Below, piece by piece: positions 47,591 to 55,365 of a stretch of DNA of 64,000 bases. The first letter of the stretch is position 1, and each line of letters begins with the position of its first letter. The position numbers were made by a program, and so were the translations under genes. Source of the stretch: a virus (lineage: Duplodnaviria > Caudoviricetes); IMG/VR virus record IMGVR_UViG_3300005611_002069, positions 1-64,000 of that record; one strand, written 5' to 3'. The notes under the pieces are model-generated. The model made no database searches, was not told the DNA's origin, and saw nothing but the letters and a program-made list of their open reading frames with translations.

Positions 47591-48240
47591 TCTGTGGAGA
47601 AAGTTTTAGTTATGGTACTGGAGAGAAACACTGGCCTCAAATTGTGGCTCAAAAAACCAATCGTAATTTAAATAATCTTGCAATAGTAGGGTGTAGCAAC
47701 TACGCAATTTGTTTTCAACTTCAATACGCTTTAACCTTTCTTAAACCTGACGATCTAGTAATAATATCTTTAACTGCTGCAGAGCGTTTTGAAATTGACG
47801 ATGACGAACATAATGTTCCAGCAAGTATATCAGATTTTAGACACAATATTGATGAAATAACTGACTCACCGTATAATAAGACTCCAACAATCACATCTGG
47901 CAATTTATCATCTCACTTACGTAATTATCATATTGAGCGAATAAAAAAGTATATGATGATAAGCTCTTATAGGCTTTCAGCTCAATACCAAGCATGGTGT
48001 ATAAATTATTTACTGTCAAAGGTACAAAGTAAATATTTACTTTACAGAAATATATTTCCAAGGTATCATTCTAATAAAGAGATGTATAAAAAAGAGTATT
48101 ACTTTGACTTAGAAAATTACATCAACTCAGGGCCGTATGACTTTGAGACTAAACAAGTAAGCACCACGAATCATCTTTCAAATAACGATAATATCTCATT
48201 TGCTAAAAGGGTCTTAGATGACTATAGAATTAATTTTTGA
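47554..48240 (+). CDS. SGNH/GDSL-like protein
   Basis: CGESFSYG; NLAIVGCSN; TNHLS. Confidence 0.55.
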   Translation: MRNAGLKKKNIIICGESFSYGTGEKHWPQIVAQKTNRNLNNLAIVGCSNYAICFQLQYALTFLKPDDLVIISLTAAERFEIDDDEHNVPASISDFRHNIDEITDSPYNKTPTITSGNLSSHLRNYHIERIKKYMMISSYRLSAQYQAWCINYLLSKVQSKYLLYRNIFPRYHSNKEMYKKEYYFDLENYINSGPYDFETKQVSTTNHLSNNDNISFAKRVLDDYRINF

Positions 48241-49423
48241 AAACTATCCAGAACCAAATATAGGAATGTTTGCTAATAAGAGAGAGTCAATTCCTTTTTT
48301 TCTCCAATTAAATAAACAATATAAAATATGTAATATAGACCACATATATAATTCAAACAATTGGGTATATCCGATTGCAATAAAAAACCCTATTTTAGAA
48401 AAAGATATTTATATAAATAGCTCTGCTTCAAATACGAATTTTTTTATAAATCGTATAGATCAGAGAGTGCTAGAGGAAATAGCTAAAGGTAGAGGCTGGA
48501 TCTGTATAGATGTAACAGAAGAACCGATAAGTAACCATAGTTTAGCACACTTAGTAAATTATATTAGAAACTGTGTATCATACGAGTTTAAAAGGTCAAA
48601 TATAAAAAAACTGTTAGAAAGAACTTTTATTCTAACCAGACAAATGAAGTCCTCTAGACGTCCTTACATAAATAGCGATTTTGTATTTAATCTCACAAGT
48701 AGAAGAGAGGCAGACGTTCAATTTTTAAATTCTACTGCTATGGCTGGCATTGTTAATAATCCCTCTGTGGAGTCTCAAGTTAAAGTACAGGGCAAAAAAG
48801 TATATTCTTTTTTTAATTATGATTATACTACAGAGCATATAAGGTTTATCTCTATAGCCCTCTTACAAAAACTAGAACTTCTGGACTATGGTCATATAAG
48901 TCTTTTAGACAAAGGTAAGTACTTCTCAGATTATTATCATGATTTTTGTGGTACATACAATAAGAGGAAAATGAATATTACATTTAACCAAACTGATAAA
49001 GTTCACGAGTTATTAGATGTAGTAGACACCCTTAATAAGTCTTACATAAACTTAGTTATGGAAGCATACTATGATATTGCTGATATTGATACTTTATATA
49101 TAACAGAAAAAACTTTTAGAAATTATTATCTTAAAAAACCTTTTATTGTAATAGGACAATCTGAGACGTTATCAGCCTTGAAAAATATAGGATATAAAAG
49201 TTTTCATCCATATATAAATGAAGAATATGATGAAACCGTAAGCGGATCGGTAAGATTACAAAAGATATTTAAGGAGCTCAAAAGACTATGTTCCTTTACT
49301 GAAGAAGATTGGAAAGAGTTTTATAAAAATATATCTCCAATACTAGAGCATAATTTTAAAATAAATACAGAAGTGAGGCCAAAGACCTCATACGAAACTT
49401 TCAAAGAGTATATTAATGGCTAA
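48218..49423 (+). CDS. Putative GT-B (GT10-like) glycosyltransferase, paralogue of 17892-19031
   Basis: NLVMEA...YITEKTF...KPFIVIG...GYKSFHPYINEEYD. Confidence 0.45.
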   Translation: MTIELIFENYPEPNIGMFANKRESIPFFLQLNKQYKICNIDHIYNSNNWVYPIAIKNPILEKDIYINSSASNTNFFINRIDQRVLEEIAKGRGWICIDVTEEPISNHSLAHLVNYIRNCVSYEFKRSNIKKLLERTFILTRQMKSSRRPYINSDFVFNLTSRREADVQFLNSTAMAGIVNNPSVESQVKVQGKKVYSFFNYDYTTEHIRFISIALLQKLELLDYGHISLLDKGKYFSDYYHDFCGTYNKRKMNITFNQTDKVHELLDVVDTLNKSYINLVMEAYYDIADIDTLYITEKTFRNYYLKKPFIVIGQSETLSALKNIGYKSFHPYINEEYDETVSGSVRLQKIFKELKRLCSFTEEDWKEFYKNISPILEHNFKINTEVRPKTSYETFKEYING

Positions 49424-49874
49424 TACAAGCAAAAATAAAGGTAGTGCTTATGAAGCTAAGATAGCAAAACTACTTACAAATGAGTTTAAGGTTGAATTTA
49501 GAAGAGTGCCTTTAAGTGGTGCGATTGACTATCTCAAAGGAGATATATGGACACCAAAAGATACAGCCTGGTGGCCTTATTGTATAGAGTGTAAACACTA
49601 TAAGGATATACAGTGGAATAATTTTCTTACTTCAAAAACAACAGATATGTTAGTGTTTTGGAAGCAAACATTAAGAGAGGCAGAGGTGATGGATAAAAAA
49701 CCTCTACTAATTTTCAGATGGAATAGATCGAAAGATTTTGTAGCATTTAATGATGAGTTACTCGTTGAACACTATGTAGAAATAAAGTCTTTTGGTTGTC
49801 ACTTTAAAATAACTCTATTAGATGAATGGATAAAGTGCATTAAAAACCAATCTTTTGTTGCCAAGTCATCATGA
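49416..49874 (+). CDS. T5 D14-like PD-(D/E)XK Holliday-junction-resolvase-type nuclease
   Basis: KNKGSAYE; KGDI; IECKHY; synteny. Confidence 0.8.
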   Translation: MANTSKNKGSAYEAKIAKLLTNEFKVEFRRVPLSGAIDYLKGDIWTPKDTAWWPYCIECKHYKDIQWNNFLTSKTTDMLVFWKQTLREAEVMDKKPLLIFRWNRSKDFVAFNDELLVEHYVEIKSFGCHFKITLLDEWIKCIKNQSFVAKSS

Positions 49875-49886
49875 TATTGATATTAT
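49858..49886 (+). promoter_or_regulatory. sigma70-like promoter for D15
   Basis: TTGCCA-17 nt-TATTAT upstream of GGAG RBS and ATG 49912. Confidence 0.6.
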
Positions 49887-49911
49887 ATATTTATTAACAG
49901 GAGAAATATAT

Positions 49912-50766
49912 ATGAACAACTCAAAATCATGGAATGATCTGGAGGCTTTACAAACGCCAGATTATGAAGCCTACAATAATGTGTTACTTATAGATGGTAA
50001 CAATCTTTCTTATCGCTGGTTACAAAGACCTAATCACGGTAATTATGCTAATGAGTTCATTAGAACTGTCCAATCATTATCAAAATCTTATGAAGCCTCA
50101 AGAACTATTGTCTGTTTTGACTTTGGTAAAAGTTATTTTAGAATGGACATGTCAGAGGAATACAAAGGAAATCGAAAGAAGCCAAAAGAAGAAGAAGAAA
50201 TAAAGCGCTATGAAGCCTTTTTTGAAGTGCTAAACAATCTGCCTGATATGTTAGATGAAGAAGTTTTAAAGTTTAGAGGAGTCGAGGCTGATGATACTAT
50301 TGCATATTTAGTTATGAAATATGAAGAACAAACTAACTATAATCATATTTGGATCGTATCATCTGACCGTGACTTATATCAACTAGTAAGTGAAAAAACT
50401 AGCATATTTAATATTTTTGGTAGACGAGAAGTAACCTATACGACTATGCAAGAAGAAATGGAAATTACTCCTGACCTATATTTACTATCAAGAATAATAG
50501 AAGGCGATAAAAGTGATAATATTATTGGAGTAGAAGGTATCGGCCCAAAGCGTGCACAAGGTTTAGCTAAAGAGTATAAAACTTTTGATGCTCTAATTAA
50601 AGCATTACCTATAAAAGGCAGAGCCAAATATATACAAAATCTTAACGCGTCAAAAGAGTTACTCATCAGAAATGAAAAAATGATTAGCCTTAAAGCATAT
50701 AATGAGCAAGCATTAGATGCAGCTAAAGAACCAGAGATAGTTCGTGACAAACTTTCATCAATGTAG
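49912..50766 (+). CDS. T5 D15-like 5'-3' exonuclease/flap endonuclease
   Basis: IDGNN; GVEADD; SSDRDL; GDKSDNIIGVEGIGPK. Confidence 0.92.
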   Translation: MNNSKSWNDLEALQTPDYEAYNNVLLIDGNNLSYRWLQRPNHGNYANEFIRTVQSLSKSYEASRTIVCFDFGKSYFRMDMSEEYKGNRKKPKEEEEIKRYEAFFEVLNNLPDMLDEEVLKFRGVEADDTIAYLVMKYEEQTNYNHIWIVSSDRDLYQLVSEKTSIFNIFGRREVTYTTMQEEMEITPDLYLLSRIIEGDKSDNIIGVEGIGPKRAQGLAKEYKTFDALIKALPIKGRAKYIQNLNASKELLIRNEKMISLKAYNEQALDAAKEPEIVRDKLSSM

Positions 50767-51334
50767 TATTAAAGTTAAAAAGAGAGAATTAGCTAGATTA
50801 TTAGAAGAACGAGATGGTGTCAGTTGGTCATTTGATCCTGTTAGTAGGTTTGACCCTTTCCTTTATTTAAGATGTTGTACACCAAAACCTATAACTATAA
50901 AAGCTAATTCTACTCTACCAATACCTACAGGTATTACTGTTGAGTTAAATAATCCAAATTTTAAAATGCAAATCACAACGTTATCTGCTTTAGCTTTAAA
51001 AAAAGGTTTAATAGTTTTAGACTCTCCAGCAACACTAGATTATAGTTTTCGCGGTGAGATTTGGATAATGTTACACAATATTTCAAATATAGATGCTGTA
51101 ATTAGAACTGGAGAAAGGGTAGCACAGTTTTCAATTGAACCTACTATTTCACTAAATATAAGTTATGTAGATGAAGTTGATACAGAAACCCCTAGTTTAG
51201 GTATGGTAAAATGGATTTCTGAACATATAAAGAGTAAAACTAACAAGGTGCAAAAAGAACAATATCCAATTGAAAATGTATCTAAAGAAAAAATTTTAAA
51301 AATTTTGAATTTAAATGAGTCAGAAAATGATTGA
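50744..51334 (+). CDS. Degenerate trimeric dUTPase-fold protein (probably catalytically impaired)
   Basis: IPTG, LDYSFRGEI and GERVAQ are retained; motif 1, the motif 2 Arg and motif 5 are not recognisable; occupies the T5 dut position. Confidence 0.75.
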   Translation: MTNFHQCSIKVKKRELARLLEERDGVSWSFDPVSRFDPFLYLRCCTPKPITIKANSTLPIPTGITVELNNPNFKMQITTLSALALKKGLIVLDSPATLDYSFRGEIWIMLHNISNIDAVIRTGERVAQFSIEPTISLNISYVDEVDTETPSLGMVKWISEHIKSKTNKVQKEQYPIENVSKEKILKILNLNESEND

Positions 51335-51414
51335 TTGTAACTTTTCAATATTGTGACTTATAGAGAATTTAATCATATTTTGAAATAAATAAATTTATAA
51401 AAGCTAGGATAGTA

Positions 51415-52536
51415 ATGGTTTTATTTTTAACTCAGTATTATAGAGGAATAGGACACGCAAATAGAATTAGATTGTTAGCTGAAGAAGTTGGCAAACATAC
51501 GGAATGTATAGTAGTTGATCAATTATTTAAACCACCTTTAAATTTTACTAACGCAACACATTATGCTCTTTTACATGATTACAAAGTTAAAGACATAAAA
51601 AAAATATTTCATTTTATTCAACAAAAAGAATTAATCAGGTTTCGAATCAGAAAATGGAAAGAAATATTAGATCTACACAAACCTAAAGTCATAGTAGTAG
51701 AAGGTTTTCCATTTTGTAGACATCAATTTGCGTTTGAGTATTTTACTTATTTAAAAGAGGCTAAAAAAAGAAATATAAAGATTCTTTGCTCTATAAGAGA
51801 TTATCCATGGGATGAACCACACGAACCAGGGTTACAAGACTGGGTTGCCAATACACAAAATCTAGCAATTCAAATGTACTTTGATAAAATACTTGTTCAT
51901 GGAGATAAAGACATAATGCCATTACTCTCTGACAGAGTTAGAATTGAAAACACATCAGCAATCATAGGTGAGTTAGAGAAATATGTAACCTACACAGGTT
52001 ATGTGGTAGATAAAAAACTTAAAAAACATGAAAGAAAGAATAACACAGTATATGTAAGTTGCGGCATGAATAAAGAAGAAGTGTTAATTATTTTCAAGCA
52101 GGTGATTAAAGCAGCAGAAAAGTTTCCAGAATTAAATTTCATAATGCCAACTGCTAATGATTATATGGAAAAGTTAAAAAATACAACAAAACGAAATGTA
52201 ACACTAACTGACTATATCGAAAATTTATCTAGTAAAATATCTGATTGTGCTTTGTTTATTACTTATGGTGGGTATAACTCAACAATGGAGATACTACAAA
52301 CAGAGTGTCCTGCTATAATAATTCCTAGGCAAAATGGTCAAAAACTGGAACAATTTGTTAGAGCATACGCATTTGAGCCTCTCAATGTTTTTAAAGTTTG
52401 TAGTCCTAATGAATTAAATAATCTACACAAAGTTATAATCGAAGCTCAGAAAGATAAATCTTTTCCAAAAAAATTTGAATATAGTATGAATGGGGTAGAA
52501 AACAGTGCAGAAGAAATCTTCAAGTATATCTCTTGA
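51415..52536 (+). CDS. GT-B glycosyltransferase (GT1/GT28-like)
   Basis: QYYRGIGH; FITYGGYNSTMEI; IIPR..QKLEQ. Confidence 0.8.
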   Translation: MVLFLTQYYRGIGHANRIRLLAEEVGKHTECIVVDQLFKPPLNFTNATHYALLHDYKVKDIKKIFHFIQQKELIRFRIRKWKEILDLHKPKVIVVEGFPFCRHQFAFEYFTYLKEAKKRNIKILCSIRDYPWDEPHEPGLQDWVANTQNLAIQMYFDKILVHGDKDIMPLLSDRVRIENTSAIIGELEKYVTYTGYVVDKKLKKHERKNNTVYVSCGMNKEEVLIIFKQVIKAAEKFPELNFIMPTANDYMEKLKNTTKRNVTLTDYIENLSSKISDCALFITYGGYNSTMEILQTECPAIIIPRQNGQKLEQFVRAYAFEPLNVFKVCSPNELNNLHKVIIEAQKDKSFPKKFEYSMNGVENSAEEIFKYIS

Positions 52537-53059
52537 CGAGTTTAAAAAAATGAGAAATGAATGGCGAGAACAAATTGCTATATCTGAAATTAAACAGATA
52601 AGTTATTGGAAGTCAATAAATGCCTTGGAGCTTGCATATAAAAATGCTGCAAAAAATAAGTATATTGTCATGACTTTGCGAGACAAAAAAATGCGTTATA
52701 AGTTTCCTAAAGCCAAGAATGTAGTTTTAGTTGGTTCTGGAATGTATCCCTATAGTCTGTTTGATTTACATAAGCAGTATCCTCATATAAAATCAATAGG
52801 GATCGAGATAGATAAAAAAAGAGCATTGATTAGTAAAATACTTGTGGAAAACTCACCAGCTAAAGACATGATTACTATTTTAAATTGTGATGGTATAGAC
52901 TATGACTATAGTTGGTTAGACCATGATGATCTAGTATTTGTAAGTGTTGATGTTGAGATAGAAAAAAAGATACAAGAGAAAGTTATACTTGAAAGTAAAG
53001 CATCACCTTTTCTTTGTGCGCCTTATCATACGGCGTGGAGAGACGCTTACCTTAGTTGA
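52505..53059 (+). CDS. Nicotianamine-synthase/CntL-like SAM-dependent transferase (short)
   Basis: VVLVGSGMYPYS resembles NAS/CntL GSG(P/A)(L/Y)PxT; IGIEID; DLVFVS. Start uncertain. Confidence 0.5.
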   Translation: MQKKSSSISLDEFKKMRNEWREQIAISEIKQISYWKSINALELAYKNAAKNKYIVMTLRDKKMRYKFPKAKNVVLVGSGMYPYSLFDLHKQYPHIKSIGIEIDKKRALISKILVENSPAKDMITILNCDGIDYDYSWLDHDDLVFVSVDVEIEKKIQEKVILESKASPFLCAPYHTAWRDAYLS

Positions 53060-53128
53060 CTTTCTCTTCTTCGGTTTGCGTCTCTTTACACCATAATTGC
53101 TTTTAAAGGCATCTACGTCAGTAATCAT
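53003..53128 (-). CDS. Very basic 41-aa peptide (absent from ORF track)
   Basis: MITDVDAFKSNYGVKRRKPKKRKSTKVSVSPRRMIRRTKKR; ATGA coupling to upstream ORF. Confidence 0.55.
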   Translation of the reverse strand: MITDVDAFKSNYGVKRRKPKKRKSTKVSVSPRRMIRRTKKR

Positions 53129-53334
53129 TTCTTTTTCTTAATAGTCCTGATTACCTGTATATTAGGGTTTTTAACTTCTTTAATAAGTCTAGTTTTTTCT
53201 GGCAAAGTTCTATAGTATTCCATTGTTTTACTTTTTACAGCAGAATCATATTCCTCAATTAATCCAACTCTTGGATCACCAATCATTTCTAACTTACCTT
53301 CGCCCTTACCTGAGCCAAATGTATCTCTAGCCAT
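53125..53334 (-). CDS. Small hypothetical protein
   Basis: AGGAG RBS, 69 aa. Confidence 0.6.
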   Translation of the reverse strand: MARDTFGSGKGEGKLEMIGDPRVGLIEEYDSAVKSKTMEYYRTLPEKTRLIKEVKNPNIQVIRTIKKKK

Positions 53335-53344
53335 GGGTCACTCC

Positions 53345-53716
53345 TTACAGTGCAGGGCCGCCTTTTAGAGGTGCGTAAAACTTACCACCCATGCCGCCTT
53401 GAACATTTTCACTAGCTGCTTGGTACTTTTTATTTATACCAGTAGCTGCTGGACCTTTTGATACATGACCTGCGGCCATAGAACCAGCTGCTGAACTCAT
53501 ATCAGCCATTACTGGACCTTGATCTACGTATCCAGGAGCAGTTTTCATTCCAGCCATTGGGCCACCTTTTACAGCGCCAGCAGGTCTAGAATCACTTGAA
53601 CCCGTGAATGAAGTTCTCTGTGTGCCACCTTTTGGCATACCTGTAGCTTGTTTAGCATTTTTTACATACTTTAAAGCTTCGGCATCACCTGTGACTGTTT
53701 TTTTAATCATAGACAT
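53345..53716 (-). CDS. Low-complexity G/A/M/K-rich protein, probable virion internal protein
   Basis: AGGAGG RBS; recurrent (K/Q)GGP/(K/Q)GP motifs. Confidence 0.6.
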   Translation of the reverse strand: MSMIKKTVTGDAEALKYVKNAKQATGMPKGGTQRTSFTGSSDSRPAGAVKGGPMAGMKTAPGYVDQGPVMADMSSAAGSMAAGHVSKGPAATGINKKYQAASENVQGGMGGKFYAPLKGGPAL

Positions 53717-53729
53717 TATGTTGTCCTCC

Positions 53730-54461
53730 TTATGAAATTGCTGCTTTTACAGTTTCCGTATTATTACCAGCGTTAGCTGCTTCTGAGACAGATGATCTTA
53801 CAGTTACAGTTGGTGCACCACCAGCTGCGATTGAAGTAAAGTAAGAGTTTGCACCAGTAAATGTACAATGTTCAATTACTGTAGCAACGTTACTTAGCAT
53901 TCCAGTGTCTACTGGAAAGTTACAATATCTGTAAGTTTGGCTTCCAGAATTGTTATGAGCAACAACACCATAACCTGCTGAAACATTATCACCAAATGTA
54001 CAATTTTCTGCTATGATTACAGAAGCTGCATCATCCGCTACAACACCTGCGTTTGAATCTAATACACCAGTTGTAATACCTGCATTAGCAATTGCTAGTG
54101 CAGCACTTCTACTTGGACCGTCTGTTCCATCAAAAATACAATTTTCAAAGGTTACAGTAACAGCAGCGTTACCTACAATTGCTCCTGGTGAAGCGATTTT
54201 GCAGTTTTTAATTATTACGTTTGAACCAGCTGTTATACCAGATGGTATAGAAAAACCAGTAAACACAATATCTTTAGCATCGCCCATACCCATTATAGTT
54301 ACATCTGCAACATTAGTTGTTCTTGGATCGGTATAAGAACCTGGTAACACTTGAATTACATCACCTGCTTGTAGATGGTTAGTAGGAATATGGTCAATAG
54401 ATTTGAACTGTGCGCCCAAGTTAAGTTCTGGGCTAACTATGTGAGTCTGTTTATTTGACAT
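53730..54461 (-). CDS. Right-handed beta-helix (pectin-lyase-like) protein
   Basis: AGDVIQVLPGSY entry motif; repeated I/F-x-N-C-x-F beta-coils. Confidence 0.65.
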   Translation of the reverse strand: MSNKQTHIVSPELNLGAQFKSIDHIPTNHLQAGDVIQVLPGSYTDPRTTNVADVTIMGMGDAKDIVFTGFSIPSGITAGSNVIIKNCKIASPGAIVGNAAVTVTFENCIFDGTDGPSRSAALAIANAGITTGVLDSNAGVVADDAASVIIAENCTFGDNVSAGYGVVAHNNSGSQTYRYCNFPVDTGMLSNVATVIEHCTFTGANSYFTSIAAGGAPTVTVRSSVSEAANAGNNTETVKAAIS

Positions 54462-54637
54462 TATTTTTTACCCTTCTTTTTAAGAATAGCTTTTTGTAAA
54501 GCTGGAGGTAACTTCTTCTGCGCTGCAGTTAGTCCGTTCTTGCCATTCCCGTTTCCGTTCATTGCTTTCCCGTTCTTCATGGTGTTACCATTACCATTTT
54601 TTTTCATCATACCATTTTTCATTTTATGTTTTGGCAT
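54461..54637 (-). CDS. 58-aa Lys/Asn-Gly-rich basic peptide (absent from ORF track)
   Basis: GGAGAT RBS; MPKHKMKNGMMKKNGNGNTMKNGKAMNGNGNGKNGLTAAQKKLPPALQKAILKKKGKK; TAATG coupling. Confidence 0.7.
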   Translation of the reverse strand: MPKHKMKNGMMKKNGNGNTMKNGKAMNGNGNGKNGLTAAQKKLPPALQKAILKKKGKK

Positions 54638-54681
54638 TTTATATCTCCATTTTCATTTAATTGTAATTAAAAGTCAAAATT

Positions 54682-54885
54682 TTATTTATTCTTTTTCTGA
54701 AGAGCTTTTCCTGCTGTATTCAGAGCTATCGCTACCGCTTGCTTTCGTAAGGCTTGTTTCTTCGATATTCCTTGCTTTTTCGAAATTGTCGCTATCGCTT
54801 TTGATCTCGAACGTGAAGGTTTCTTCATCAGCTCTTTGATGTTTTTTGATATCGTTTTCTGACTCTTTCCTTTTTTCAACGGCAT
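54682..54885 (-). CDS. Small basic phage protein nested in the 54686-55153 ORF
   Basis: MPLKKGKSQKTISKNI...KQAVAIAL, typical small basic phage protein; own GGAG RBS. Confidence 0.7.
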   Translation of the reverse strand: MPLKKGKSQKTISKNIKELMKKPSRSRSKAIATISKKQGISKKQALRKQAVAIALNTAGKALQKKNK

Positions 54886-55153
54886 CTTCTTCTCCCATAG
54901 TCACTAGCATTTCAGAGGGTGACTTTGGTGCATTAGACTCTTCTCTAGGAGTTTCTTGCACAGTGTATACCAGATAATCTCTATCTGAATTAATATAAGC
55001 TGCTGATACAGCTAGTTTATTAGTCCACCAAGTTGGTAGAGAAGCTTCATTATCTTCAGGTAAACTACGAAGAATATCTTGACAATCTTCTATTATATTA
55101 GCGCACTGTCTTCTAGCAGAGGCTACATCAGTGTGTCCATCTTTTAATTTCAT
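54686..55153 (-). CDS. Hypothetical protein with C-terminal tail overlapping next gene
   Basis: GGAG RBS; DGHTDVASA...LPTWWTNKL core; ATGA coupling to upstream ORF. Confidence 0.6.
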   Translation of the reverse strand: MKLKDGHTDVASARRQCANIIEDCQDILRSLPEDNEASLPTWWTNKLAVSAAYINSDRDYLVYTVQETPREESNAPKSPSEMLVTMGEEDAVEKRKESENDIKKHQRADEETFTFEIKSDSDNFEKARNIEETSLTKASGSDSSEYSRKSSSEKE

Positions 55154-55365
55154 CTTCTGCTCCTTGATTTTTTAAAACCTATAGGTTTTGAGTACTTAAC
55201 TGGATAGCCTTTTTTTCTCTCATTAACTATATGTTTTTCTAATCTATTTGTAGTAAGTTTACCACTTGTAGCAAGTTTACGCAAACGTTCATTTTTACGA
55301 ATTTTAGGACTGGGAGGTTTTTTAAACTTAAACCTTCCAACTTTTTTTATAGTTCTGTAAGCCAT
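55150..55365 (-). CDS. Small Lys/Arg-rich protein
   Basis: 71 aa, highly basic. Confidence 0.55.
   Translation of the reverse strand: MAYRTIKKVGRFKFKKPPSPKIRKNERLRKLATSGKLTTNRLEKHIVNERKKGYPVKYSKPIGFKKSRSRR

Noticed and set aside
274-51348. Many 60-116 aa antisense ORFs in the track opposite + strand genes (e.g. 903-1142, 20929-21279, 45625-45945)
   Set aside because: They lie wholly opposite well-supported genes, lack RBS and have the composition expected of antisense shadows.
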